NCBI GenBank assembly: GCA_965222605.1
Contig: OZ244960.1
Coordinates: 672,001-736,000 of the forward strand
Reading direction: 5' to 3'
Length of the DNA: 64,000 bases
Origin: Candidatus Latescibacterota bacterium
GTDB lineage: Bacteria > Latescibacterota > UBA2968
The notes under the pieces were generated by a model, which was not told where the DNA came from, searched no databases, and was given only the letters and a program-made list of their open reading frames with translations. Below, piece after piece: positions 43,347 to 52,905 of this stretch. The translations under genes were made by a program, and so were the position numbers. Position 1 is the stretch's first letter, and each line of letters starts with the position of its first letter.

Positions 43347-45140
43347 CTAACTCCCCCGTATTTCAAAAAACCTCTCATCATACTGGGCTTTATACATTTC
43401 AGAGAACAGCCCACGTTGATCAATGAGTTGTGAAACCGTACCTTCCTCTACAAGCTCACCATTCTTTCCCACCACCAGGATTCGATCTGCATCGAGTATC
43501 GTTGACAAGCGATGTGCGATAACCAGCGTGGTCTTCCCCTTTCTCAACTGCTCCAATGCCGTTTTTACACTTGCTTCTGTAAGGGCATCCAAAGATGCTG
43601 TGCCTTCATCTATCAGCAGCACATTTGGCCTTCGAACAAATGCACGCGCAATCGCGATTCTCTGCCGCTCGCCTCCCGACAGTGATTGACCATTTTCCCC
43701 AACAATTGTCTCGTACTGATCTGGAAATCCCAAAATATCACGATGTATTTGCGCCTGCTGTGACGCCTTCGTCATTGCATCATAAGTCGCATCATTGGGT
43801 TCCATTGGATATACGATATTTCTCCCAATAGTTGTATTCCAGAGAAACGGATCTTGCGGGATAAGACATAGATGGTCCCGCACGTATTCAGGCGATAGCT
43901 TGGAAAGCTCAAGTTCACCAAGCATGATCTCTCCTGAATCAGGATCGTAAAACCGCAGAAGCAAATCAAAAATTGTGCTCTTTCCTCCCCCGCTGGGACC
44001 GACGATGCCAATGAACTCTCCCTTCTTTATTTCAAAAGTCACGTTCTTGATTGCGAATCCGCGATTGTACCCAAATGAGACGTTCCTGAAAGCAATATGC
44101 ACCCCCCTATCGATTTCAAGTGCCGTATTAGGTCGATCAGCAATTGTCTCCTCTCTTCTCATCTTCAGCACATCATTGAGCTTGTCAAAAGAAATCTTGA
44201 CTCTATGGAGATCTACATAGACAGAGAAAGCACCTTTTAGAGCGGCATAAGCTCTGGGTACATAAGCCATAAACGCAACCAACGTTCCCACCGACATACT
44301 ACCATTCATGATTCCGAATGCCCCAACTCCGAAAAGAAGCCCGATAACGACGCTATTTATAACCTCATTGGGAAAGGCCACAACAATATGGTGAAAAGCA
44401 ACTGTTTTGAGTTTTTGGGTCTTGTGCTTTCGCAGCCAATCCTGCCAGAAGCGTCTTTCCCGAGACTCGCCGGAAAGAGACCGCACCGTCTTGATACCAG
44501 CAAACGTCTCCTGGAGAAATCTGTTTCCCCTCTCTATGTGATCTGAAAGAGGTCTCTCCAGAGCTTCGGACTTTCTGGTAAGCCTCCGGGTGATTACAAA
44601 CGTAACCGGAACTGCAAACATTGCGACGGCGGTTAACCTGTAATCCATCCAGAGCATCATCCCCAGAATCCCAAGCAGATTTATCCCGCTATGTGCGAGT
44701 GGCAAGACACGTTGCGCAATAAACATCTCGCCGATTTTCGCTGACTCAATGTTTATTCGGTAACTGAGGTCAGCGGTCGGTACCCCTTGCATATCTTCAA
44801 CCTTTGAACTGATAACGTGCTCAAAAACAGCCTCCCTTAACCCGATCGACACATGTTCTCCAATCCAGATACGGAGATACTCATGCCCATAGGTTATTGC
44901 TAAGCCAAAAAGTGGGATCAGCACGACCCCCAAAATACAATAAACACTAAGCTGCATATCCCTATCCGGAATCGCTTGATCAATCAGGATCCTATAGATG
45001 ACGGGCACAAACAAAGCGGGCACTACAGCGATTAGCATTGTTAAGAGAGTCAAAACGACGTGCCACTTTTTCTCTGAGAGCTTCGCCAGAACAATCTTCC
45101 CTGTGCCGGTAGCTAAGTAATATGAAAGTCCTGTTAGCAT
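43347..45140 (-). CDS. ABC exporter, fused permease/ATPase
   Basis: N-terminal transmembrane domain, GPSGGGKST, LSGGERQR, LLIDE, IAHRLST. Confidence 0.92.
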   Translation of the reverse strand: MLTGLSYYLATGTGKIVLAKLSEKKWHVVLTLLTMLIAVVPALFVPVIYRILIDQAIPDRDMQLSVYCILGVVLIPLFGLAITYGHEYLRIWIGEHVSIGLREAVFEHVISSKVEDMQGVPTADLSYRINIESAKIGEMFIAQRVLPLAHSGINLLGILGMMLWMDYRLTAVAMFAVPVTFVITRRLTRKSEALERPLSDHIERGNRFLQETFAGIKTVRSLSGESRERRFWQDWLRKHKTQKLKTVAFHHIVVAFPNEVINSVVIGLLFGVGAFGIMNGSMSVGTLVAFMAYVPRAYAALKGAFSVYVDLHRVKISFDKLNDVLKMRREETIADRPNTALEIDRGVHIAFRNVSFGYNRGFAIKNVTFEIKKGEFIGIVGPSGGGKSTIFDLLLRFYDPDSGEIMLGELELSKLSPEYVRDHLCLIPQDPFLWNTTIGRNIVYPMEPNDATYDAMTKASQQAQIHRDILGFPDQYETIVGENGQSLSGGERQRIAIARAFVRRPNVLLIDEGTASLDALTEASVKTALEQLRKGKTTLVIAHRLSTILDADRILVVGKNGELVEEGTVSQLIDQRGLFSEMYKAQYDERFFEIRGS

Positions 45141-45163
45141 AATCTCCCCTTGTATCTCGCTTT

Positions 45164-45235
45164 TTATCTGTGTTCCTCGGTGTTTATCTGTGGTTGCTTT
45201 TGCGTCTTTGCGCTATGAACTGCTACCACAGTCAT
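45164..45235 (-). CDS. Possible 23-aa peptide between sigma and ABC genes
   Basis: MTVVAVHSAKTQKQPQINTEEHR*, starts 7 nt after the sigma stop. Confidence 0.25.
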   Translation of the reverse strand: MTVVAVHSAKTQKQPQINTEEHR

Positions 45236-45242
45236 GCCCGAC

Positions 45243-45848
45243 TCACTCGCCTTCATACCCCATTCCATACATCCGACCCCATGCCTCTGCGAGTTGCTTG
45301 CGCGCGTGGAACAGCCGCGATTTCACTGTACCCTCTGGAATCGCCAGCCGTTCGGCAACCTCTCGAAGCGTCACCTCATCTTCGTACACCATCTGAAACA
45401 CCTCGCGCTTTTCCTCTGACAACGCATCGATCAACGCCTGCAAAATGCGCCGTTGTTCAGCGCGTTCCAATTGCACATCGGGTCCCAGTGCAGCCCGATC
45501 GATCATCCATCCCGGAACGGATCGTTCTTCGTCCTCCTCATCGTAAAGCGAAGGCATTTCCAGGGGCTGCTCGCGACGGCGACTTTTACTTCGCAATTGA
45601 TTCAGCGACAGATTTCTCGCAATCCGAAACAGCCACCCGCGAAATGACCCTTGCCCCGACCATTGATCGGCCCGATTCCAAACCCTGAGAAAAACCTCCT
45701 GTGTCAAATCATCTGCTGCGACCGGATCCCGCGTCATCCAACGCAGGCTCTCGGTCACCTGTACCTGATAGCGCGCAAACAGAATCGCAAAAGCCTCTTG
45801 ATCCCGCGCCACAATCCGCTGCATTAAAATCGCGTCCGATGGTGTCAA
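45243..45848 (-). CDS. ECF (sigma70 group 4) sigma factor
   Basis: Region 2 DDLTQEVFLRVW..FRGWLFRIARN, region 4 LREVAERLAIPEGTVKSRLFHAR; TTG start 7 nt after AGGAGG. Confidence 0.92.
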   Translation of the reverse strand: MTPSDAILMQRIVARDQEAFAILFARYQVQVTESLRWMTRDPVAADDLTQEVFLRVWNRADQWSGQGSFRGWLFRIARNLSLNQLRSKSRRREQPLEMPSLYDEEDEERSVPGWMIDRAALGPDVQLERAEQRRILQALIDALSEEKREVFQMVYEDEVTLREVAERLAIPEGTVKSRLFHARKQLAEAWGRMYGMGYEGE

Positions 45849-45868
45849 AAAATATCCTCCTGTGAGAA

Positions 45869-45896
45869 TCGACACCGCCCAATGCCCAGAGGTTCA
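45869..45896 (-). promoter_or_regulatory. ECF-type (probably autoregulatory) promoter
   Basis: Minus strand TGAACC-17 nt-GTCGA just upstream of the sigma SD. Confidence 0.6.
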
Positions 45897-45927
45897 AAAA
45901 AAAGCGCAGCCCTTTGGGACTGCGCTT
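45896..45927 (-). terminator. Intrinsic terminator of the upstream two-gene operon
   Basis: Minus strand aagcgcagtccc-aaa-gggctgcgc followed by a long U run. Confidence 0.75.
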
Positions 45928-45951
45928 CAGTTACAGATACCTCCGTGCCTC

Positions 45952-46899
45952 TTACCCATCGTCCTTAGACTGATCTGGCAACAAAAAGACCCCCTTGAAA
46001 TGGCTGAAGGACACCTCCTCTAAAAATTCAACTTCCGCCTCAAATTCGCGTCGAATCACCACGCGATCCTCTGCATCTTCAACACTGGCCTCGAGTTGTC
46101 GATCCATCAGCTCAAAAACCTTGCTTCGCACCTCCTCCCTCATTTTCCCCTCTTCAAAGCACCTCTGGCGAAACACCTCAATCTGTACATCCGATGGCAA
46201 AAGCGATTCCATATCTAATGCCAGTGCCAGAATGAGATTCCGCAGCAACCCGTCATACGTGCGCCCTTCAACAGCTATTTCCAATTCGGTCAGTGCCGCT
46301 TTGGGAATAGACCGCAAAAACGCAAACCGCCTGAGCGCGACCTGATAAGCCGCGTAATCGCGCTTTGGATCGACCAACTGGAATTCATCTTCATCGTCAT
46401 CAGGGGGACGCATCCAGGTCTCTGGCACCGCATTTGCCCAGCGGGATACCGCGCAGTATTCGGACTTCAAAAACTTCACCTCGGGGCGCAGCAACATCGC
46501 CCGACACATCTGTGCCATTTCCTGCAATCGGAAAAATGCGATTTCATACCCGCGCTTTCGGCACGCTTCAAAATCTCCTTCCGCAATAATTTCCACAGCC
46601 CGGTTTAAATCACTTTCTGCACGCGCCTCCAAACCGAGATCCATAGAAATCAGCGCCTGCCGCACCCCGTGTTCCAAATCTCCACGCCTGATTGCAATAC
46701 CCGACCGGTTGCGCTTGCCATAGTGCAAACCCTGCAAGCGCAAAAAGCCCAAAAGCGCGTCCCCAATATTGGGCGGCAGCTTTTCAAAGCGCGTCCCCAA
46801 TTCGATAACCTGCCCTACAAAACTCTCGGAATCAATGCGAAACCGACTCAAATCCAGCGTTGCAAGTGGATTTTGTACAGAACGCCGTTCACTGTTCAT
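45952..46899 (-). CDS. Hypothetical acidic helical protein
   Basis: 315-aa ORF overlapping the upstream gene stop, SD GAGGAGG. Confidence 0.65.
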   Translation of the reverse strand: MNSERRSVQNPLATLDLSRFRIDSESFVGQVIELGTRFEKLPPNIGDALLGFLRLQGLHYGKRNRSGIAIRRGDLEHGVRQALISMDLGLEARAESDLNRAVEIIAEGDFEACRKRGYEIAFFRLQEMAQMCRAMLLRPEVKFLKSEYCAVSRWANAVPETWMRPPDDDEDEFQLVDPKRDYAAYQVALRRFAFLRSIPKAALTELEIAVEGRTYDGLLRNLILALALDMESLLPSDVQIEVFRQRCFEEGKMREEVRSKVFELMDRQLEASVEDAEDRVVIRREFEAEVEFLEEVSFSHFKGVFLLPDQSKDDG

Positions 46900-47827
46900 C
46901 GTGCCTCCTCGCCCACGCCCCGCGAATGACGGACCGCATCAAATCGGCATCCGCATCGAAAAGTGCATCCAGAACACCCCCGACAACGGGATCCTCCAGT
47001 ATCGTACTCGGTTTTTCACCCACAGCCGCTTCTTCGGAAAAGAGTCGGTGCCGGGGAATCGCAGCCCCGGCAGAACCCACGATCTCATTCATTCGCATGT
47101 CCTTCACGTATGGAGTCAGGGCTTCTTCGAGCAACTCGGGATCCACACTGTTCAGCAACTCGGCACACTTATTCGCGTCCCCCAGTGTAGATAATGCCCG
47201 AAGCCACTCAAACGATACTTTTGACCTGGCCCCGGCACTGTCCATCGGCTCTAATGTGTCTTCCACAGTGCGTCGAAAAGTACCCGGCGTCATAGCGCGT
47301 ATCAAATGCGCGTTAAAATCTTGCCGCTCCGGGTCATAATCAATCAGCCCCGTCAACATCTCTGTAGGCAAATGCGCCACCACATCTGTCGAATAGCCCG
47401 GATTGCCATCTTCATCCATACCCGTAATAGACAGCACAGTCTCTGGATCTTCATCCAAAACAACGAGCGCGGCCTGCGCTTCAACTGCCAGAGTCTGCAC
47501 CAGTGCCCTGGCATCTTCTTTTTTGCCCTCGCGAAGCAAGTCGCGTATCTGGCTGCTCTGCGCGGCTAATTCCATAAATCCAGTTGACCACGCACCGATT
47601 ACCAACCGGTCTTCACGAACCTCGATGGGTTTCACTTCTGGTTCTTCTGCCTGAACCGCGGTACCCATCGAATGAGATTTGAGACTAATTCTCCCCCTTT
47701 CTACTTTGTCCTTACACGTCACGCACAAGCGCGTGTAGGGAACAGCCCGGAGGCGTTCTTCTGAAATAATCGCCTCGCACATGACACACCTCACCCCCGT
47801 CCCGCCATCGAGCGGCTGTTGTGCCAT
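46889..47827 (-). CDS. Protein with N-terminal TraR/DksA C4 zinc finger and unknown helical domain
   Basis: CVMCEAIISEERLRAVPYTRLCVTCK; start refined to ATG after GGAGGG. Confidence 0.75.
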   Translation of the reverse strand: MAQQPLDGGTGVRCVMCEAIISEERLRAVPYTRLCVTCKDKVERGRISLKSHSMGTAVQAEEPEVKPIEVREDRLVIGAWSTGFMELAAQSSQIRDLLREGKKEDARALVQTLAVEAQAALVVLDEDPETVLSITGMDEDGNPGYSTDVVAHLPTEMLTGLIDYDPERQDFNAHLIRAMTPGTFRRTVEDTLEPMDSAGARSKVSFEWLRALSTLGDANKCAELLNSVDPELLEEALTPYVKDMRMNEIVGSAGAAIPRHRLFSEEAAVGEKPSTILEDPVVGGVLDALFDADADLMRSVIRGAWARRHDEQ

Positions 47828-47897
47828 ATTGCCCTCCATTGAGGTTTTGAAAATCCTCCGCACCCATCGCGGAGACGACAGAACCATAGCGCAGATA

Positions 47898-47926
47898 AAT
47901 TTAATCGAATAGATACCAAATGTCAA
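47898..47926 (-). promoter_or_regulatory. Sigma70-type promoter for the DksA-finger operon
   Basis: Minus strand TTGACA-17 nt-TAAATT. Confidence 0.55.
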
Positions 47927-47960
47927 CTTTTAACTTACTGTTTATCAAAGATTTACAAAC

Positions 47961-47989
47961 TTGACAAACAAAGCTAAGTTTGTTATATT
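47961..47989 (+). promoter_or_regulatory. Strong sigma70 promoter with no downstream ORF
   Basis: TTGACA-17 nt-TATATT with extended -10 TG. Confidence 0.6.
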
Positions 47990-48059
47990 AATACCGTAGC
48001 CGAGAAGATCGGATGTGATCTTGTCGGTATTTTTTATTTTCATATTCCATTGCGCCACA

Positions 48060-48106
48060 AACAAATAAAGGCCCGATTCGAAAATTCAATCGCGCCTTTA
48101 TTTGTT
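48060..48106. terminator. Inverted repeat downstream of nadC
   Basis: aacaaataaaggc...gcctttatttgtt. Confidence 0.55.
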
Positions 48107-48131
48107 CATATTGGACACTATATCCTATTTT

Positions 48132-48986
48132 CTATCGAAACAGCATACTAATATCCAGCGCCTGCACCGAATGTGTAAGCGCACCCACTGAAATAAAATC
48201 CACGCCCGTTTCTGCAATTGCTCGCACGCTATCTAAGGACACATTGCCCGAGGCTTCCAATTCGGGCTTTTTGCCTTTTAATTGCCGCACCTTTTCCACG
48301 GCTTCGCGCATCTCATTCAAACTCATATTGTCTAACATCACGCGATCCGCACCCAAAACGAGGACCTCATCGAGTTCTGATAGCGTTTCCACCTCCACCT
48401 CCACGGGCACTTCTCGGCCTTCAAAATCCATTCCTTTCCACACCGAAAGCAGTGCTGGCCCAATGCCGTCCGCTGCCTCAATGTGATTCTCCTTCATCAG
48501 CACCATATCGAACAACCCCACCCGATGATTTACCCCACCACCTGTAGCAACGGCATATTTGTCTAATAACCGCAATCCCGGCACAGTTTTGCGCGTATCC
48601 AGAATCCGCGTCTGTGTCCCCTGTACCGCCTCTACAAACTGTGCCGTCATCGTTGCAATGCCCGACATGCGCTGCAAAAAATTCAACGCAACGCGCTCGC
48701 CTGTCAACAGCCCACGTGCAGGACCAGAAACCTCAGCCAAAACATCGCCATCCGCAACGCGCTCGCCATCTTCGACCTGTACCTCAAATACAATCTCTTT
48801 CTCTACCGCTTCAAACACCCATTGCGCCACATCCAATCCGGCAATCACGCCATCTGCTCTCGCAATAATTTTCGCCTTTGCACGTTTTGTTAATGGCACG
48901 GTCCATCTCGTCGTAATATCCCCATCCCCCACATCTTCTACTATTGCCCGCTCAATCACTGGCATAATATCTTCGCGCTTTAACAT
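48132..48986 (-). CDS. nadC: Nicotinate-nucleotide pyrophosphorylase (quinolinate phosphoribosyltransferase)
   Basis: EDVGDGDITT, ERVALNFLQRMSGIAT, DTRKTVPG, MLDN, ISVGALTHS. Confidence 0.95.
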   Translation of the reverse strand: MLKREDIMPVIERAIVEDVGDGDITTRWTVPLTKRAKAKIIARADGVIAGLDVAQWVFEAVEKEIVFEVQVEDGERVADGDVLAEVSGPARGLLTGERVALNFLQRMSGIATMTAQFVEAVQGTQTRILDTRKTVPGLRLLDKYAVATGGGVNHRVGLFDMVLMKENHIEAADGIGPALLSVWKGMDFEGREVPVEVEVETLSELDEVLVLGADRVMLDNMSLNEMREAVEKVRQLKGKKPELEASGNVSLDSVRAIAETGVDFISVGALTHSVQALDISMLFR

Positions 48987-48987
48987 G

Positions 48988-49569
48988 TCAAAAACCCTCT
49001 GGTATTTCAAACACCACCCCATCCCGCTTTTTTTCGTAAAAAATAATCTTTATATCTATGGATTCAGCTAAATTTTGGGAGCGATAGGTACTGGGCTTAA
49101 TCGAATACGCTTCCTCTTCCACAAAACCATCTATGCCCTGGGATTCTTCATAAGGTTCTGCCAAACGATAACCGCAGCCTTTAATTTCTGATAGCTTTCG
49201 CAGGATCGCCTCCTGGAATTTGAGTCCAGTGAAGGTCTTGACAAGAACCAGGTCCTCTACCCATGATCTCACCATATCCCGGTCAATTTTGGGAAACACC
49301 ACGCTGAAGTTCTCTATCATTGAAATTATTTTATCCGTCGCATTATCAATCGCATCGGGATAGTGTTCTTGATACCACACAACCCATTCTTCAAAAGTTT
49401 GCCCTGGAAATTCCTGAATCAGATCGCTCATTTGCCCAACAACTCGTTGCCGCGTACCCTGAGAATTTTGATTTGCGAGATTCATCAATTGGGTCGTGTA
49501 CTTTGGAAATTCGCTGGCAGGTGCGCTCACATATTCTTGAATCTCAGCATTTTTTAATTTAATTTCCAT
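48988..49569 (-). CDS. MjaI-family type II restriction endonuclease
   Basis: FPKYTTQLMNLANQNSQGT, EESQGIDGF...SIKP PD-(D/E)xK-like core; adjacent to MTase. Confidence 0.78.
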   Translation of the reverse strand: MEIKLKNAEIQEYVSAPASEFPKYTTQLMNLANQNSQGTRQRVVGQMSDLIQEFPGQTFEEWVVWYQEHYPDAIDNATDKIISMIENFSVVFPKIDRDMVRSWVEDLVLVKTFTGLKFQEAILRKLSEIKGCGYRLAEPYEESQGIDGFVEEEAYSIKPSTYRSQNLAESIDIKIIFYEKKRDGVVFEIPEGF

Positions 49570-49594
49570 TCATAATCCTTTGTACGATATGGGA

Positions 49595-50755
49595 TCACTG
49601 CCCATTTAACAGATCGAGTTGAGTCTCATTTTTAGCCAAGGATTTTGAGGTAGTTTCGTTCCTACTTTGGTCGTAAACTATATCTTGAGGGTTCTCTGAA
49701 TACGTGACCTCAAAGACATTATCACCAACCTCTTGCACCTCTTTTAAGCCATTCAATAAAATAGACTGTTCCTGGCTCGTCACCACGGGGTATCCATAAT
49801 ACCTGTTCGTATATTTTAGCGGTCCTGACGCCTGGATTCGATTTTCGACAAACTCAAAATGTTTCATCAATCTGTCGCGCAAATAATCATTTGAAAAATC
49901 GACAATCTGTCGCGCCATCGGGCAAATCGCACTGTGAAAACTTTTGTCAATTTCAACGCCAATACTATTGCGCCCCGACGTCATCGCAGCCGCCATTGTG
50001 GTTCCCGTACCCAAAAACGGATCGAAAATCACATCGCCTTTCACAGAGTACATATTGATCAGGCGATAAGCCAAATCATAGGGAAAGGCAGCACTTCTCA
50101 ATCGCGACGAGTACGGACAGGTTTCAAACCTGTCCCTAACAGAAAGCCTCTGCCCAGTACCCTTAATATCCATCCAAACATCCGAATACCAAATATTCCT
50201 CTCCTCCCAAAACAAAGCACTCTCGCGCCTGTTCTGTTTTTCGCATTCCGTCTTAAATTCTCTTTTAGAGCCCTTTCGGAAAATCAAAATATACTCGTGT
50301 TCCAGAGTCACATAAGCGCCAGCGGGTAACATACCCGATCCCATAAATTTATTGGGAGCATTGGTTTGTTTTCGCCAGAGAATATCGGGGAGTGCTGAAA
50401 AACCGATACTTAAGAGATAATTCAATATCCGCGCGTGATTTGGATACAAACAAAAATCATCGCCTACCTTCCGCGTCGCATCGCCAATATTGATACAAGC
50501 AAATCGACCATCTTTTAAGACCCTGAACACTTCATCCCATACAGAATCGAGAATTTTGTGCATCAACTCATGGGCCAACTTACCATTCCCGGTCTTTAAT
50601 GCCTTTTCGATCTCTAAATGCTGGCTGCCAAATATATCATCCCACATGCCAATCATAGGATATGGCGGTGATGTCACCACCAGATCGACACTCTCTGAAG
50701 GGATCTCCTTTAAATTTCTCGCATCCCGATAAAATATTTGATGGGTCGTTTTCAT
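49595..50755 (-). CDS. Beta-class DNA methyltransferase (SPPY, probably N4-cytosine)
   Basis: VTSPPY precedes FDPFLGTGTT. Confidence 0.9.
   Translation of the reverse strand: MKTTHQIFYRDARNLKEIPSESVDLVVTSPPYPMIGMWDDIFGSQHLEIEKALKTGNGKLAHELMHKILDSVWDEVFRVLKDGRFACINIGDATRKVGDDFCLYPNHARILNYLLSIGFSALPDILWRKQTNAPNKFMGSGMLPAGAYVTLEHEYILIFRKGSKREFKTECEKQNRRESALFWEERNIWYSDVWMDIKGTGQRLSVRDRFETCPYSSRLRSAAFPYDLAYRLINMYSVKGDVIFDPFLGTGTTMAAAMTSGRNSIGVEIDKSFHSAICPMARQIVDFSNDYLRDRLMKHFEFVENRIQASGPLKYTNRYYGYPVVTSQEQSILLNGLKEVQEVGDNVFEVTYSENPQDIVYDQSRNETTSKSLAKNETQLDLLNGQ
50111..50140. repeat. GTAG-family REP-like palindrome inside the MTase gene
   Basis: ggacaggttt-c-aaacctgtcc, 10-bp perfect arms. Confidence 0.6.
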
Positions 50756-50762
50756 AAATTTT

Positions 50763-52751
50763 TTACGCCACCTCTGCCTTTAGTCGTGCAATCTCATCGC
50801 GATATTGCGCTGCCTTCTCAAACTCCAAATTCTCCGCCGCTTCACCCATTTTGCGCGTCAACTCTTCAATTATATCCAACTGATTGGCTCCCTTCAGATA
50901 TTCTGGCGATTCTTCGGCGACCATTGGCAGGTCTTCGGCCTTCTCATCGGCCACAGCCGTCGTCTGGAGAATCTCTTCTCTGGTCTTGTAAAGCGTCTCG
51001 GGCGTAATGCCGTGTATGATATTATGATCCTCCTGCAATGCCCGACGGCGATTCGTCTCATCAATGGCGCGCTGCATCGAATTCGTCACCCGATCCGCAT
51101 ACATAATAACTGTACCCGCTGCATTGCGCGCGGCTCGCCCAGCCGTCTGAATCAATGACCGCTCCGACCGCAAAAACCCTTCCTTATCCGCATCCAGAAT
51201 AGCAACCAGCGACACCTCTGGCAGATCCAACCCCTCGCGCAACAAGTTCACGCCCACGAGCACATCGAACTCACCCAACCGCAAATTCCTGATAATTGCC
51301 ACGCGCTCGAGCGAATCGACATCCGAGTGCATATAGCGCGCCCTGATACCCAACTCGCGCATATACTCCGACAAATCCTCTGCCATGCGCTTGGTCAATG
51401 TTGTCACCAGCACGCGATCACCGCTTTCTACTCTTACCCGTGATTCTTCGATAAGATCATCAACCTGTCCGCGCACAGGCCGCACCACCATCTCGGGATC
51501 GAGCAAACCAGTCGGACGAATCACCTGCTCTACCACCACGCCTTGACACTGTTCCAACTCGTAATCCGCAGGTGTGGCCGACATAAAAACGATCTGCTTT
51601 GCCTTCTGTTCAAACTCTTCAAAATACAAAGGGCGATTGTCCAATGCCGCGGGCAACCTGAACCCGTGTTCAATCAACACCTCTTTGCGGGACCTATCCC
51701 CATTCCACATACCGCGCAACTGCGGAATCGTCACATGGGATTCATCCAGCACAATCAAAAAATCGTCCGCGAAATAATCCAGCAACACATAAGGAGCTTC
51801 CCCAGGATTTCGTCCATCGATATACCGCGAATAATTTTCAATCCCCTGACAGAAACCAATCTCGCGCATCATCTCAATATCGTAGCGCGTGCGCATCTCC
51901 AGCCGCTGTGCCTCTAACAACTTGCCCTGATCGTTAAATGCCTCCAGTTGTTTGGCCAAATCCACCTCGATCTGGACAATGGCTTTCTCAATCCGATTGC
52001 CACTGGTTACAAAGTGCTTGGCCGGATAAATGACAAGTCGATCTCGTTCCGCAAGCACCTCGCCCGTCACGGGATGCACCTCACTCAACGCATCGATCTC
52101 ATCGCCAAAAAACTCCACGCGCACCGGATGCTCGCGCTCGGGCGGATAAATTTCGACCACATCGCCCCGCACCCGAAACGCGCTCGGCTCAAAAGCCACA
52201 TCATTGCGCGTAAAATGAATATCCACCAGCTTGCGCAACATCGCATCGCGATCCATCTCTGCCCCGCGGTCCAGAATCACCAGATGATCTTCGTATTCGT
52301 CCGGATTGCCAATACCGTAAATACACGACACACTCGCCACAATGATCACATCTCGCCGCTCCATCAAAGCACTCGTCGCGCGCAGGCGCAAGCGGTTGAT
52401 CTCATCGTTAATATCCGCTTCTTTTTCAATAAACGTATCCGTAACCGGTTTATATGCTTCGGGCTGGTAATAATCGTAATACGAAATAAAATACTCCACC
52501 GCATTATTCGGGAAAAAACTGCGAAATTCACCGTAGAGTTGCGCCGCCAGGGTTTTGTTATGGGAAATCACGAGCGTGGGCTTTTGAACAGCTTCAATCA
52601 CCTTGGACAAAGAAAAAGTCTTACCCGTACCCGTTGCCCCCATCAAAGTCTGGTATGGCATACCATCTCGAACACCCTCGACGAGTTCTTCAATCGCCTG
52701 AGGCTGATCGCCGGCAGGCTCAAAAGGCGATACCACTTCAAATCGCGGCAT
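50763..52751 (-). CDS. uvrB: Excinuclease ABC subunit B
   Basis: [39 protein letters not shown]-terminal UVR domain. Confidence 0.97.
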   Translation of the reverse strand: MPRFEVVSPFEPAGDQPQAIEELVEGVRDGMPYQTLMGATGTGKTFSLSKVIEAVQKPTLVISHNKTLAAQLYGEFRSFFPNNAVEYFISYYDYYQPEAYKPVTDTFIEKEADINDEINRLRLRATSALMERRDVIIVASVSCIYGIGNPDEYEDHLVILDRGAEMDRDAMLRKLVDIHFTRNDVAFEPSAFRVRGDVVEIYPPEREHPVRVEFFGDEIDALSEVHPVTGEVLAERDRLVIYPAKHFVTSGNRIEKAIVQIEVDLAKQLEAFNDQGKLLEAQRLEMRTRYDIEMMREIGFCQGIENYSRYIDGRNPGEAPYVLLDYFADDFLIVLDESHVTIPQLRGMWNGDRSRKEVLIEHGFRLPAALDNRPLYFEEFEQKAKQIVFMSATPADYELEQCQGVVVEQVIRPTGLLDPEMVVRPVRGQVDDLIEESRVRVESGDRVLVTTLTKRMAEDLSEYMRELGIRARYMHSDVDSLERVAIIRNLRLGEFDVLVGVNLLREGLDLPEVSLVAILDADKEGFLRSERSLIQTAGRAARNAAGTVIMYADRVTNSMQRAIDETNRRRALQEDHNIIHGITPETLYKTREEILQTTAVADEKAEDLPMVAEESPEYLKGANQLDIIEELTRKMGEAAENLEFEKAAQYRDEIARLKAEVA

Positions 52752-52905
52752 AATGATTTCCTCTAAAAAAATTAGTGGTTAAGCTTCCGCTCCCCACCCT
52801 CTCTTGACTCACACCCCATAACTACTTTAATTTAGAAAGAGAATTACCGAAATGCAAGGTCAACCCCGCTGTTTTCACCTGCGGGTGAACACACAGGAGG
52901 TTCCC

